Assembly (NCBI RefSeq): GCF_006345805.1
Contig: NC_042998.1
Coordinates: 73,842,001 to 73,906,000, forward strand
Source of the DNA: Octopus sinensis
Taxonomy: Eukaryota
DNA length: 64,000 nucleotides
Direction of reading: 5' to 3'
In this document: piece by piece, positions 1-12,950 of the stretch
How the letters are laid out: every line of letters starts with the position of its first letter
Numbering within the stretch: position 1 is the first letter of the stretch
The notes under the pieces: generated by a model
Database searches by the model: none
Told to the model about the DNA's origin: nothing
Seen by the model: the letters and a program-made list of their open reading frames with translations, nothing else
Position numbers and translations under genes: made by a program

Positions 1-33
<33 letters not shown>

Positions 34-34
34 G

Positions 35-88
<54 letters not shown>

Positions 89-269
89 ATGGTGATGGTG
101 ATGGTGATGGTGGTGATAGTGATGGTGATGATGATGTTGATGATGGTGGTGGTGATGGTGATGGTGGTGATAGTGATGGTGATGATGATGATGTTGATGA
201 GGATGATGGTGGTGGTGATGATGATGATGATGATGATGACGATGATGGTGATGATGATGGTGGTGGTGG

Positions 270-302
<33 letters not shown>
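1..302. repeat. (TAT)n followed by mixed (ATG/GTG)n trinucleotide microsatellite
   Basis: Directly visible; explains the poly-M/V ORF 32..385. Confidence 0.97.
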
Positions 303-304
<2 letters not shown>

Positions 305-786
305 AGTTTTTCTTCCAATTCTGTTTGCAGCTGTATTTCCGTTACAATAGCTTACCATTCGTCTGATGATCTTAATTCACAGTAAAGTTATTAAAACGAT
401 GTGTCATTCCTATATATTGTAATTAGATTTAATGGTCACACTTTTAACTAATTAGACAGAACACGGGACTGACTTTTTTTATAGTTTAGCAATATTTCAG
501 ATCTTAAATTGCTTCTAATTAGGCTACTTTGTAATCAATTCATCTGTTGTCTGTAGTCTGTTGTTGTTGTTATTGTTGTTGTTGTTGTTGTTGCTGCCGC
601 TGTTTTTGTTGTTGTTACTATTGCTACTAATTCATTCTCAAATATATGTGAAAGGAAATTATGTTTCGAGGCCGGAAAAGAAACAGCTACTCGTTGAACT
701 CGAACCGCTCATTTATCATTTGCTACGTCAATCTGATTGCTTCCTTTTTCCCGTCTCGTATTAGCGTTGATAATGTTGGATCGTAC

Positions 787-1190
787 AAAGGCCCGTGGCC
801 TAGTGTTTAGAGTCAAGAGAACACTGCTACCCGTGAGACTTTCTGAATGGGACACCAACTGAAAAATTATCTTGAATATTTTTTTTTAAACGTGTCGCCG
901 CCCGTAATCCGTCATGGTTCATGCAGACCGCTTCTCAAAATAAGCTGCCCATCGCTGGTTTCAGGGCATTCGGCTCATGATTATACGGTTGTGTGTTCAG
1001 TTCTGGTACCAGGCAACATATGTGTTCTTAAGCAAGGTATTTCATTTCACGTTGCCGCTGACTATTCAGTTGTGATGAGTACCAGACAGATGCTGGCACA
1101 AGTGTTTCTCCTTCTGTTTCCTGCTGGATGTCCCGTTGGATAAAACTGAGAGGGTCAAGAGAGTATAATCGTCTGTTCGCGACAACATGG
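787..1190 (+). mobile_element. Degenerate tRNA-derived SINE (family C), apparently interrupted
   Basis: A-box-like start 'ggcccgtggcctagtgtttagagt'. Later 'gttcttaagcaaggtatttcatttcacgttgc' matches the copies at 25330-25633 and 46265-46510. Confidence 0.5.
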
Positions 1191-1302
1191 ACACCAAAAA
1201 TAAATAGAGAAAATATGCTAAACGTTACCAGCTATATTTGAGTGATGCGTACCTGTACTTTCAAATGCTGATATGTATATATATATATATTATATATATA
1301 TA

Positions 1303-1349
<47 letters not shown>

Positions 1350-1448
1350 TGAGTAACAATGAAGGGTGAAATTAATTAATTTGGAATAATTATCAATTAC
1401 ACCAAGTAGTCTTCGGCATGTAAAAGCCTCATTCGAGGAAAATTTAAG

Positions 1449-1528
1449 TAATACTAAGCAATTAAGGGTTTAGCAACGAATTGTGTGGTAAGGCAATTCG
1501 TTACTAAACCCTTAATTGCTTAGTATTA
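1449..1528. repeat. Hairpin: ~35-bp inverted repeat with a 10-bp loop
   Basis: taatactaagcaattaagggtttagcaacgaattg ... caattcgttactaaacccttaattgcttagtatta (1 mismatch). Confidence 0.9.
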
Positions 1529-1639
1529 TATATATATATATATATACAGATAAAGGGTGAAATATAATTAATTTAATAAAATCAATAAATTTCACCTAGT
1601 AGTATTTCGGTATGGAAAAGACCATATTCGGTAAACATT

Positions 1640-2161
1640 TATATAATTATAATAATAAGGGTTTCATGCAACAAGTTGCTTAAACCACATACCGAAAATA
1701 TTAGAAATAGCAGTCAAAGGACTACTGTTTCTTTTACTACAAAAATAAGTCTCCACAAACAACAATATTTGTAACTTACATGTGGCAAAAGAAGAAGGAA
1801 AACAACGAAACCACACAGTCTTCGGATTAATTATGGACGCACGTTTCTGGATTAGAATCGTAAAGTTCATTTCCTTATCAACATAATATTTCTCCTAGCA
1901 TTTCTAGATTATGGGAAATATTATGTTGATAAGGAAATGAACTTTACGATTCTAATCCAGAAACGTGCGTCCATAATTAATCCGTCGACTGTGTGGTTTC
2001 GTTGTTTTCCTTCTTCTTTTGCCACATGTGAGTTACAAATATTGTTGTTTGTGGAGACTTATTTTTGTAGTAAAAGAAATAGTAGTCCTTTGACTGCTAT
2101 TTCTAATATTTTCGGTATGTGGTTTAAGCAACTTGTTGCATAAAACCCTTATTATTATAAT

Positions 2162-2167
<6 letters not shown>
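1640..2167. repeat. Long near-perfect inverted repeat (~255-bp arms, ~18-bp spacer) next to a TA tract
   Basis: Arms are reverse complements and give the twin ORFs 1664..1870(-) and 1937..2143(+). Confidence 0.95.
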
Positions 2168-2230
<63 letters not shown>

Positions 2231-5118
2231 TTATAAATTTTGTTTCAAAGTTATTCAATGACGGGTTCGTTTGCATTACGTGACACTTCAAGTGTTTCTA
2301 CCATAGCTTCAGGTCAACGCAATCTTTGTAAATTTGGTGAGCAGAATCTATTTGGAAACACACTAGAGAGATGGTTCTTGTTTGTGATAAACTTAAACTT
2401 TCACCCGGTTAAATACCACCGTTTTGACACTGGGTGCCTATTTGCTGAGTGATGATAACTTTGACCAATCTATCTGTCACTTTCAGAGGTCTGAAGAAAT
2501 GTTACAAACGCTGACTTTTCTTCGATTATGACAGCACTCAAAATCAAAAATTAGAATCTTACCTGTTATATGATATGTGGGAGCATTTCCACAAAAAAAT
2601 CTTCACGAAATTTATTTGGGAAGAAAGGAAACCAAATCTTGTATCTTTCCTATCTTCTCTACAGAATTTTAAATCAGATATTTCCGAAGTAAAAATCAAC
2701 TTACTAATGCTCGAAACAGTTTGATGTCATTTTCTAGTTTAAATACTATTTTTAAAGTTCATCATTTCTATGCTACAGGCAAAAGAAATATTTAATTCCC
2801 ATTAGACATTTTTGTTTGTATTGTTTAAGACAAACTTGACAAATATAAAATATGGCTGGCAAGAGAACAGCTGCCAATGACAAACAGTTTCTAACTTTCT
2901 AGTATAGTTTCATTATTTATTCTCACTCTTTTCCTAAAGAATTGAAAAAAATAAGAAATAATGCAAAATATTATTTCTGAAATTATTTTACTAGAAACCT
3001 GTTGGGACAGTCTTGCAGCGAAAACTGTGTAAGAATTCATAAATAGGAAAAAGAAGGTCAAATAAATGTAGTTATGAAGTGGAAAGCATTTTGTTTACAG
3101 TTTAAGGAACCAATGTTTAAGGAACCACGTTTATTGTTTGGTTAGCATGTGTTTGCTAAATCGATATTATTAAATACATTAAGATCAAATAAGAACAATG
3201 CACATTAAACATACATTTCGAGAATTATCCACCACTTGCGTTATAGTATCTTCTAAAATTACTAATAACTTTACACTAACGCACTCTGGTGTAGATGGAA
3301 AGTGGAAAGAGCTATCAGGTATTCCCAAAAAAAAAATATAGATATTCCACACGCCTCGGAGCTGAGCCTTGATCGCAGAAAACTTGCGAACAATAACGTT
3401 TCAGTGAAACCACCTTGTTTTTTGATCATATCGTATCTATGTCGATGTTATCCAATGACGGTACGGTGTAACTTGTGGCATGGTTCATAACCTGTTTCTA
3501 ATGGCTCGTATAAATTAGTTGTAAACCCACACATGTTAACTTGAAACCAATAATATATATTTCATACTAACCATATCGCCAGAGTTTCATAAAATACTTT
3601 TCTTTAATTGATTTTTGCTTTCCAACTTGGTTAGAGAATACAGGGCAGTGACCTTGATGTTTTTTTATTTATTTTTTTTTTTTTTGAGAGCCACCGAGAA
3701 TGATGGGAGGAAGTAGAGAAGATTATTAACATACCGAAAACATGGTCTAAATGCTTGTCTTTGAATGTACGCCGCTTCAGACAACCATGAGCCATGCGAT
3801 GATGGTGAAGTGGGTCTAAGCTTATCACACTCACACTCACACCACCCCGTTTCTTTGTATTTTCTTGCTATATCCAAGAAAACTCGTTAACTATATTTCC
3901 TTGAGCACTGAACTCTGTAGAAGTGCCGTTACGACATATAACTTTTCTGGACTATCTTAGACAGAGTGGAACTTATCCTTCTACAGGTCTGAAAACAGCC
4001 AATTTCTCCCTGAAAGACAGACAAGTTGACAGGATGAAAGGCAAAAGTCTACTCCAGTACAAAAATGATACTTAATTTATCAACCAGAAAGGAGGAAAGG
4101 CAAAGCTGACATATGAACTCAGAGCGCGGATAGTCACAATGATTACTGCAAAACGATTTATCCCGATACAGTAACGACTCTTCCAACAGGTAGAATAAGA
4201 GATTTTAGAAGTTGAAACAGGAAGTCCGTTGAGCTGAACTACGTAATTTAAGATATTCCGATCATTATTTTAAAATTCTTTGAGTTGTTCGAAAAGTATT
4301 ATTGATTGCTTCTTTTAGTTTGATCACAAAGAGATGATATCTAGAACGATTCAAATAAACTATAAACAAAATGCACAGTAAACCAGCAGAAAATTATATA
4401 ACGAGAATTTGAGGTGAATTATACCCGGATATAACCAAATATCTCATTTCACTAACACACAACCAGAGTTTCTTTTGAAGCTTTTGGTTTTGTTATTTAT
4501 TTCTCCTTCACAATATCTTATTCAAGATAATTCATTAACAGATCAAGGAAAATACCATACCGCTACGTATGACATAGTATGTACCTTTCTATGTGTATTT
4601 TACACTTCTTATCTTCAGCAAATACATCATATTAATATATTTATAGAAATTCCCTGTTTGCAAACTCTAGCTGTATAAATAATAAATATACAGAGCGTCT
4701 CTATTTACAAACTGTAGCAATAATTTATTGACTTATTTAATATTTTATATCGTAATTTACGAAAAGTAGCGCCGAGCGAATCTCTAGTTCATTGTAATTG
4801 TGACAGTGGAAGTAAAAGAGGAGTGTCTATAAATCGTAGGGGCAGAATAAGTGTCACCAGGGGATATCGTTCAAAGGACACTAGATTTTCAGTTTTCTCT
4901 CATAATGTTCACATCCTTCGCTGCTTCAAAACTGTTTGAATAAGTCTCGAGAGATGACACTTGAATTTACAGTCGACCCCTATATATAAGAAGTTCGACT
5001 CTACTTCTGTTGTAAAGACCTTTCATCAATAAACTTTTATGTTGATACTTTTCAGTTGATAAAACTAATATATATATATATGTCTATATGTATGTATACG
5101 TGTGTGTATATGTATTCG

Positions 5119-5176
<58 letters not shown>

Positions 5177-5177
<1 letters not shown>

Positions 5178-6476
5178 TAGCAGCATAGCCCGGCGTTGCC
5201 CGGGTATGTAAGAAACTTTGTCGATAAGCAGTGCCCTTTACCTTTTTACCCTTTTTTGTACTCATTGAATCGTTATTTTGTAAAATGAAGCCTAAAAGGC
5301 ATTAAGGCATTCAAGGTGCTTGCATGCATGAAGAAAATCTATGACAGTCAAAGTGCATTTTCTGGTTTTGTTTAGCACACCCAACCCAGTTCTGCGGGTC
5401 AGTGTCACGACGGGAACGCATCGGTTGGGAGATCCACAGGCAGAGGTGATAAGGTTTCACATGCCGGCCCTTTCGATACCGCTGCCCCAAACCCAAGTTG
5501 GGTTCGGACCACAGCTAAGCCCTACCTAATCCTAACTTAAGTCTAGCGAAAGGGGGTTCGTGAGCCTCTAGTAGGCAACGACTAATCCCGATCTAGTCCT
5601 TTCCCTCTAGGGAACGAAGACGCATGTGTAGGTTGCAACGTCTTCTCTTCACTCCAATACTTCTGTGTATACGACGTTCCTAGCTGAAGCGGCAAAAATT
5701 GACTAAATCGCCTGAAATCCGCGAACATTTAACAAAAGTCAGTTTTGTAGGGTTCGCATGATCGGTCTCAAAGTGATATGGTTTTGTCGATTTCTCCCAA
5801 TACTTGTTAACTGCATTGACAAAAGGTCGTTAGTTTGACATTTAATGCAAACTTGATGTCCAACATCGGTGTAGGGAAAAATGTGAACTTTCAAAAATTA
5901 TCGCAGAAAAATCGGTTTGCTATGTGTGCCACATATGATGTAATTAACATATTTTTTCCAGTAATAACGTATCCTAATGGAATCAAAAGGGCCATATAGC
6001 TCCTTGGAGCAGACATGATGCGCGCTGTGAATTTTAAAAAAATTCCTGCCAATTTGTTAAAGATATTGTCGAAAATATGTCATCTTGAATTTGAATGCGA
6101 TTTCCCAAAATGGCATGATTTTATCGATTTTTTTGTGATGGTAAGGTATTGCATGGAAAACTAACGTCAGAATTAAGTTTCTTATGGTAACATTAAGCTT
6201 CACCATGAGTTTGGTGAAAATCGATTGCAAGTTGCGATAATTACAACGGAAAATGTGTTGCATATGATAAGCTCAGATTCTCGACCCCATGTCGAATTGA
6301 TCAATTTTTTTCAAAACTAGGGGAACTTTTCAAAATTTTTACTGCGTTAGTTTTGAATTATGACATTGGGCTATGTGTGTGTCAAGTTTCATCAGAATCA
6401 GTTGAAAGCCGTGGTCAGGGTGAGGGTACAACCTGACAGACGCACAGACAGACAAACTGTCTTTTATATATATAGA
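5177..6476 (-). mobile_element. Non-autonomous Helitron (~1.3 kb)
   Basis: Minus strand starts 5'-TCTATATATATAAAAG..(CTGT)n, ends with hairpin CCCGGgcaacgCCGGG then CTAG-3', and is inserted between A and T without a TSD. Confidence 0.85.
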
Positions 6477-6484
6477 TATATATA

Positions 6485-6733
6485 TCGTTTACTCTTTTAC
6501 TTGTTTCAGTAATTTGACTGTAGCCATGCTGGATCACCGCCTTTAGTCGAACAAATCGATCCCAGGACTTTGTAAGTCTAGTACTTATTCTATCGGTGTA
6601 TTTTGCCTAACCGCTAAGTTACGGGGGATATAAACACACCAGCGTCGGTTGTCAAGCGATGTTGGGGAGACAAACGCAGACACACAAACATACACACACA
6701 CATACAGACAGACAGACAGACAGACACACATAC

Positions 6734-6796
<63 letters not shown>

Positions 6797-6968
6797 CATA
6801 TATACAACGGTTTTCTTTCAGTTTCCGCCTACCAAATCCACTCACAAGGCTTTGGTTGTCCCGAGGCTATAGTAGAAGACACTTGCCCAAGGTGTCACGC
6901 AGTGGGACTAAATCCAGAGCCATGTGGTTTGTAAGCAAGCTACATACCACATAGCCACTCCTACGCCT
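6485..6968 (-). mobile_element. tRNA-derived SINE family B with internal microsatellite
   Basis: Head ggcgtaggagtggctatgtggta, CORE-like accttgggcaagtgtcttc, tail gaaacaagtaaaagag; many homologues in the window. Confidence 0.88.
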
Positions 6969-7104
6969 ATGTTTATATATGTGTGTGTATATGTATGTAT
7001 ATGTATGTGTGTGTCATTATTCAGTTTCAATTTTAGATGTATGTGTACATATACATGTATACATATGCATACATATAGATAAGTAGACAGACAGACAGAC
7101 AGAC

Positions 7105-7138
<34 letters not shown>

Positions 7139-7144
7139 GCAGAC

Positions 7145-7200
<56 letters not shown>

Positions 7201-7201
<1 letters not shown>

Positions 7202-7273
7202 TGTTTCTTTATTAGCCACACAGGGCTGCACACAGATAGAACAAATTACAAGGTAGAGCTTTTCTTTTGAAGG

Positions 7274-7314
<41 letters not shown>

Positions 7315-7376
7315 GGAAGGGGGAGGTTCGATCAAAAGGGATCGTAAAAGGAGAGAAAGAGGACAAAAAAAAAGGG

Positions 7377-7411
<35 letters not shown>

Positions 7412-7418
7412 GGAGAGG

Positions 7419-7458
<40 letters not shown>

Positions 7459-9250
7459 ATCAATAGGGATCGTTATCACAGAAATGTCAATATGAAGTGT
7501 AAAGGGGAGGACAGGTGAGGTTTACCCGTGGAAAGAAAAGCCTACGGAAAAGACCACGGTAACCTCGGTCAATGAAGTCACATTTTAATTTCTTTTTTTT
7601 TTTTTTTTTTTTTTTTTTTTGCAAATAAGTAACTCTCTGTTTTCGATTTCTGGGTTCATAGGACTATGCTCAAGGTGGCTTCGTCATTCATACGTGCCAT
7701 TCTTGCAACATTCACCCATCTTTTTTAAAACATTCGCTAGACAAAACTTGCCTCTCTACTCTCACTTTCCTTTTCAAGTGGTACTTGAAGAAGTTGATGA
7801 GAGATTGACCAGAGAGGAAAGTGTTTGTCTCCAATCCTTTCAGACGCGTCCACCAGATACATTCTTTCGCCATAGCCACAAGATGATGAAAATAGCTCTT
7901 CCTTCCCGTTGAAGGAAGGAGGCGTGACAATATTGACGATAGACTCAGCTGATAAACCGACTCGTCCCACACGTGACAGCAGTTGTTCGACATAAGCCCA
8001 CAGGTCGGAAATTGTTGGACACTGAACGAGTGCGTGCAGAACGGTTTCGTCGCTCTGACCGCATCTCGGGCAGGTCGGCCCCGTGTTTCTCGAGCCGTGT
8101 CTGTAGAGCTTATCCCGAACGGGTAGCGCTTCTCGGTAGCACTGCCAGGCCAGGGATCTCTGGAAGTTGTCCATGGGCCCTGGCCCGAAAGTCGTCCCGA
8201 ACAGGCGGGTCAGGTACTCCTCGTCGACGTCCAGGTTCGCCCCGAGCTCGTCGTCGTACCTCCCCTCCACTAAACCCCTATAGAATGCTTTGGTTGTGTT
8301 GAGTCACTTAAGGTCGACCCAGGACGGCAGACTTGCTTGAGAGCAACGCGACACTCGCGGTGCCATTCGCCCTTCCTCGGCCTCTTTTTGATCCACGACT
8401 GCAGTTCGGTCATGGAGACGAGCTGCGGGAAAGCGTGCCTCACAAACGGCGACCACACCTGTTCACCGTCGTCTACATAGAGCCAGAGATGTCGCAGTCT
8501 CAGCGCGTGTCTGCGCATCATCAACCACGGCATGCCCAGCCCTCCTTTTAACGGGTGTTGACAGCAAATGGATCGCCTGACCATCGGGACGCATCCTTTC
8601 CACAAGAAGCGAAAGAGGATGCGTTGTAGTTTGGTGATGGTAGGGTCGGGACAGGTACGACGGTCAGGCGGTAGTAGATGACGGACGCGATGTACGTGTT
8701 CGCCACCTCCGCTCGACCTTTTAGGGACAGTTTCCTCTCGGCCCATTGCCGGGCGAGAGTCACCACCCTACTCGTTATCTCGTTCCAGTTCTTCTCCACT
8801 TGGAGGTCCGGACCAAACCAGACCCCGAGCAACTCAACCGGGCCGTCGGTCCAGCGTCCCACGACGGAGGCGCTGGTGGACGGCATGGGCTTGCTTCTCC
8901 AGGTGCCTAGTCGCAAGCCCACTGACTTTTCCCGGTTGATTTTCGCTCCTGTCACCGCTTCGTAGTTTTTCAGTGTCTCGCCGACCAGCTCGATGTGCTC
9001 GTGGCTAGACACTATGACCGTGACGTCGTCCGCGTATGCAGACACGCTCGTCCCGCATCCCAATTCTCGCGGGATGCCCCTTAGAGTCGCCAGCTTCCGC
9101 AGTAGTAGTGCTCAAGAGTCAATACGTATAGAAGCGCCGAGAGGGGGCATCCCTGACGGACCGAACGTGCAATGTCGAAAGGTCTCGATAGATGTCCATT
9201 TACGCGAATTACCGAACGGATGCCTCTGTACAAGGCAGCTATCCAGCCGC
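7201..9250 (-). mobile_element. 5'-truncated Tx1-clade LINE in a (GATA)n array, copy 1
   Basis: RT motifs RQGCPLS and YADD, C-terminal CPRC..ETVLHALVQC zinc finger, 3' UTR ending AATAAAGAAACAT(ATCT)n; GATA repeats on both sides. Confidence 0.93.
7656..9250 (-). pseudogene. Frameshifted ORF2 fragment (reverse transcriptase and C-terminal zinc finger)
   Basis: ORFs 9081..9374, 8548..9063, 8270..8746, 7737..8270 and 7712..7993 join into a Tx1/L1-type ORF2 C-terminal half. Confidence 0.9.
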
Positions 9251-9297
<47 letters not shown>

Positions 9298-9341
9298 GTA
9301 GATAGATAGACAGAGAGAGAGAGACAGATAGATAGATAGAT

Positions 9342-10422
9342 ATGTTTCTTTATTAGCCACACAGGGCTGCACACAGATAGAACAAATTACAAGGTAGAGC
9401 TTTTCTTTTGAAGGGTTAAAAAAAAAAAAGGGAAGGGGGAGTTTCGATCAAAAGGGATCGTAAAAGGAGAGAAAGAGGACAAAAAGGGGGGTTTAAAAAA
9501 AAGGGGGAGAGGAAAAAAAAGTTGATCAATAGGGATCGTTATCACAGAAATGTCAATATGAAGTGTAAAGGGGAGGACAGGTGAGGTTTACCCGTGGAAA
9601 GAAAAGCCTACGGAAAAGACCACGGTAACCTCGGTCAATGAAGTCACATTTTATATTTCTTTTTTTTTTTTTTTTTGCAAATAAGCAACTCTCTGTTTTC
9701 GATTTCTGGGTTCATAGGACTATGCTCAAGGTGGCTTCGTCATTCATACGTGCCATTCTTGCTACATTCACCCATCTTTTTTAAAACATTCGCTAGACAA
9801 AACTTGCCTCTCTACTCTCACTTTCCTTTTCAAGTGGTACTTGAAGAAGTTGATGAGAGATTGACCAGAGAGGAAGTGTTTGTCTCCAATCCTTTCAGAC
9901 GCGTCCACCAGATACATTCTTTCGCCATAGCCACAAGGATGATGAAAATAGCTCTTCCTTCCCGTTAGAAGGAAGGAGGCGTGACAATATTGACGATAGA
10001 CTCAGCTGATAAACCGACTCGTCCCACACGTGACAGCAGTTGTTCGACATAAGCCCACAGGTCGGAAATTGTTGGACACTGAACGAGTGCGTGCAGAACG
10101 GTTTCGTCGCTCTGACCGCATCTCGGGCAGGTCGGCCCCGTGTTTCTCGAGCCGTGTCTGTAGAGCTTATCCCGAACGGGTAGCGCTTCTCGGTTAGCAC
10201 TGCCAGGCCAGGGATCTCTGGAGTTGTCCATGGGCCCTGGCCCGAAAGTCGTCCTGAACAGGCGGGTCAGGTACTCCTCGTCGACGTCCAGGTTCGCCCC
10301 GAGCTCGTCGTCGTACCTCCCCTCCACTAAACCCCTATAGAATGCTTTGGTTGTGTTGAAGTCACTTAAGGTCGACCCAGGACGCCAGAGTTGCTTGAGA
10401 GCAACGCGACACTCGCGGTGCC
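9342..10422 (-). mobile_element. 5'-truncated Tx1-clade LINE in a (GATA)n array, copy 2
   Basis: Nearly identical to 7201-~8365; same 3' end, different truncation point; (GATA)n on both sides. Confidence 0.93.
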
Positions 10423-10748
<326 letters not shown>

Positions 10749-11269
10749 ACATAGAAATGGACAGGCGGTTGTTAATATCATCAAAACGTTTTTAAAATAG
10801 TTATGAAGAAGTGAGTATAAATATAATGAAGCAGAAACTCAGAAAAACCAGGAAGGCGAGACAGTACAGTTACCCTTCAAAGATAGATAGTTATACTAAA
10901 AGTTGACTCATATCACGAAAAATGAGAGGGTGATTCGAGTTGTCTTTCGTAGTAATTTTATCATAGATTATTAGGTATGATATCTGGAGTGCACTAAACC
11001 CCTGACACAGCTGTAAAGGAGCACGCAAATTCCACACTATTTCATTTACATGTTTCGGATATGAACCCTCAGGATACCTACTTACTTTATCAACAGAGCA
11101 CTACTATGAACTCTCACTTTCCTGATAGTCCTATTTTCTGCGTAATCATCGTTATACTCTCTTCCGTATGACTTTATTATTAATGGTTTGATAGCATTAA
11201 TAATCGCCTGCCCGTCTTTTATTGCACTTTCATTAATTTCACCGGCACTTTACTTGTTTGCCTGGATTC

Positions 11270-11420
11270 TATCTCACTTGATTTTGCAGTAGAGATTTTG
11301 CAGTAGAGAAGTTAATTGTGACACCCTTTACCAGAAAGTTCATTGTCACTACTCCGTGGTGGTCCCAAATGACTGTGAGCATCACTTTGCCTGGTGAGGA
11401 TTGGATACGAGCCTTCTTTG
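11270..11420 (-). mobile_element. mariner transposase relic
   Basis: KKARIQSSPGKVMLTVIWDHHGVVTMNFLVKGVTIN is homologous to the transposase at 43642..44283. Confidence 0.8.
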
Positions 11421-11434
11421 TATATATGTATATA

Positions 11435-11507
<73 letters not shown>

Positions 11508-11512
<5 letters not shown>

Positions 11513-12275
11513 AACTTATAAATAAGGGCAAACGAAAAAGTTTCTGATGCCAAATATGCCGAAATTGGACATATTGTCCATAACCACATAATTTTTCACA
11601 ATACACAGGCTACTCGAAAAAGGTCGACAGAAATTTCTAAAAAATTACATTATTACCATATCGGACCGATTTCAGGGTTAGTTCATAAGAACCCTCCCTT
11701 CGTCAGTGATAAATGTGGCAAAGAAATAAATGAGATACTTACTCATACCCATGGAAGAAGCAAACACTAAGTCATGAGCACAATTAAGTACCCCAAATAC
11801 ATCCAAAATAGAAATACTCCAGCCCATTCGAGCCACGTGCGATTATAACTGAGGCTCTCACAGAGTGAGAGAGTCCGGAAGTGAATAGTATTAAATTTAT
11901 ATCTAATGTAGGATAAAATTTTTTCGAAAAAACTTTTATCAATGGCCAGCATATTAAAAAATACCTTTAAAGGTTAAATTTATAAACAACTTATAAATAA
12001 GGGCAAACGAAAAAATATCTAATGCCAAATATGCCGAAATTGGACATATTGTCCATAACCATATAATTTTTCACAATACGCACGCAACTCGAAAAAGGTC
12101 GACAGAAATTTCTAAAAAATTCCATTATTACCATATCGGACTGATTTCAGGGTTAGTTCATAAGAACCCTCCCTTCGTCAGTGATAAATGTGGCCAAGAA
12201 ATAATATTTTTTAATATGCTGGCCATAGATAAAAAATTTTTTTGAAAAAATTTTATCCTACATTAGATATAAATA
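11508..12275 (-). mobile_element. Hammerhead-bearing partial tandem repeat (period 475 bp) with terminal inversion; Penelope-like or retrozyme-like
   Basis: 11508-11730 is repeated at 11983-12204; 12205-12275 is an inverted copy of ~11892-11962; (TA)n on both flanks. Confidence 0.75.
11659..11711 (-). ncRNA. Putative minimal type-I hammerhead ribozyme (second copy 12134-12186)
   Basis: Minus strand: TATCA-CTGACGA-AGGG..AGGGTT/AACCCT-GAAA-TCG-GTC-CGATA; stem I imperfect. Confidence 0.6.
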
Positions 12276-12295
12276 TATATATATATGTATATATA

Positions 12296-12470
12296 TAGTT
12301 AATAAAAAAAAAACGGAGAAAAAAGGCAACAAGAAATAAACAACATGAGGACGCTGTACATGCAAAGTATTAATGAGACGCTTGGGGAAGGAAAGGCGTT
12401 TTACGTTTCGAGCAAAGCTTTTCCTCAGAAACAGGGGAAAGTTCAAAAGAAAAAGAAGACGTGTGTGTAC
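12296..12470 (-). mobile_element. Short hammerhead-containing element in a TA tract (ribozyme motif 12398-12432)
   Basis: Minus strand: GTTT-CTGAGGA-AAAGCTTTGCTC-GAAACGTA-AAAC; homologous to 32827-33045. Confidence 0.65.
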
Positions 12471-12479
12471 GTATAATAT

Positions 12480-12486
12480 CTATGTC

Positions 12487-12575
<89 letters not shown>

Positions 12576-12576
12576 G

Positions 12577-12607
<31 letters not shown>

Positions 12608-12735
12608 TGTATGTATGTATATGTATATGTATAGATTTATGCATATATATGTACATATGTATATACATATATATGTATATGTATATATTTATGTGTGTGT
12701 ATATATATATATGTATATATAAATGTATATGTATG

Positions 12736-12768
<33 letters not shown>

Positions 12769-12950
12769 ATACATATGTATGTGTATATGTATATATTTAA
12801 GTATATATATACATAAATATATATGTATGTTTATACATATATATATATGTATATGTATATATTTATGTATATATATAAGTATATGTTTATGCATATATAT
12901 ATATATATATATAATATATATATATATAATATATAATATATATATATATG
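12480..12950. repeat. Compound (TA)n/(TG)n/(TATG)n microsatellite
   Basis: Directly visible. Confidence 0.95.

Noticed and set aside
32-385. Poly-Met/Val ORF and the many [16 protein letters not shown] ORFs across the window
   Set aside because: They are translations of microsatellites with no coding signal
1664-2143. Two near-identical 68-aa ORFs on opposite strands
   Set aside because: A by-product of the inverted repeat; no recognisable domain
2230-5060. Possible host exons in repeat-poor stretches (also 23700-24350, 38200-39350 and 45100-46250)
   Set aside because: No ORF with a recognisable domain or convincing splice-flanked exon; small exons cannot be excluded without RNA-seq
7973-9253. 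Plus-strand ORFs over the LINE (also 48191-49828)
   Set aside because: Antisense shadows of GC-rich ORF2
7201-10422. The two LINE copies as an LTR pair or assembly duplication
   Set aside because: They have non-LTR RT and 3' ends, different 5' truncation points and several substitutions, consistent with separate insertions
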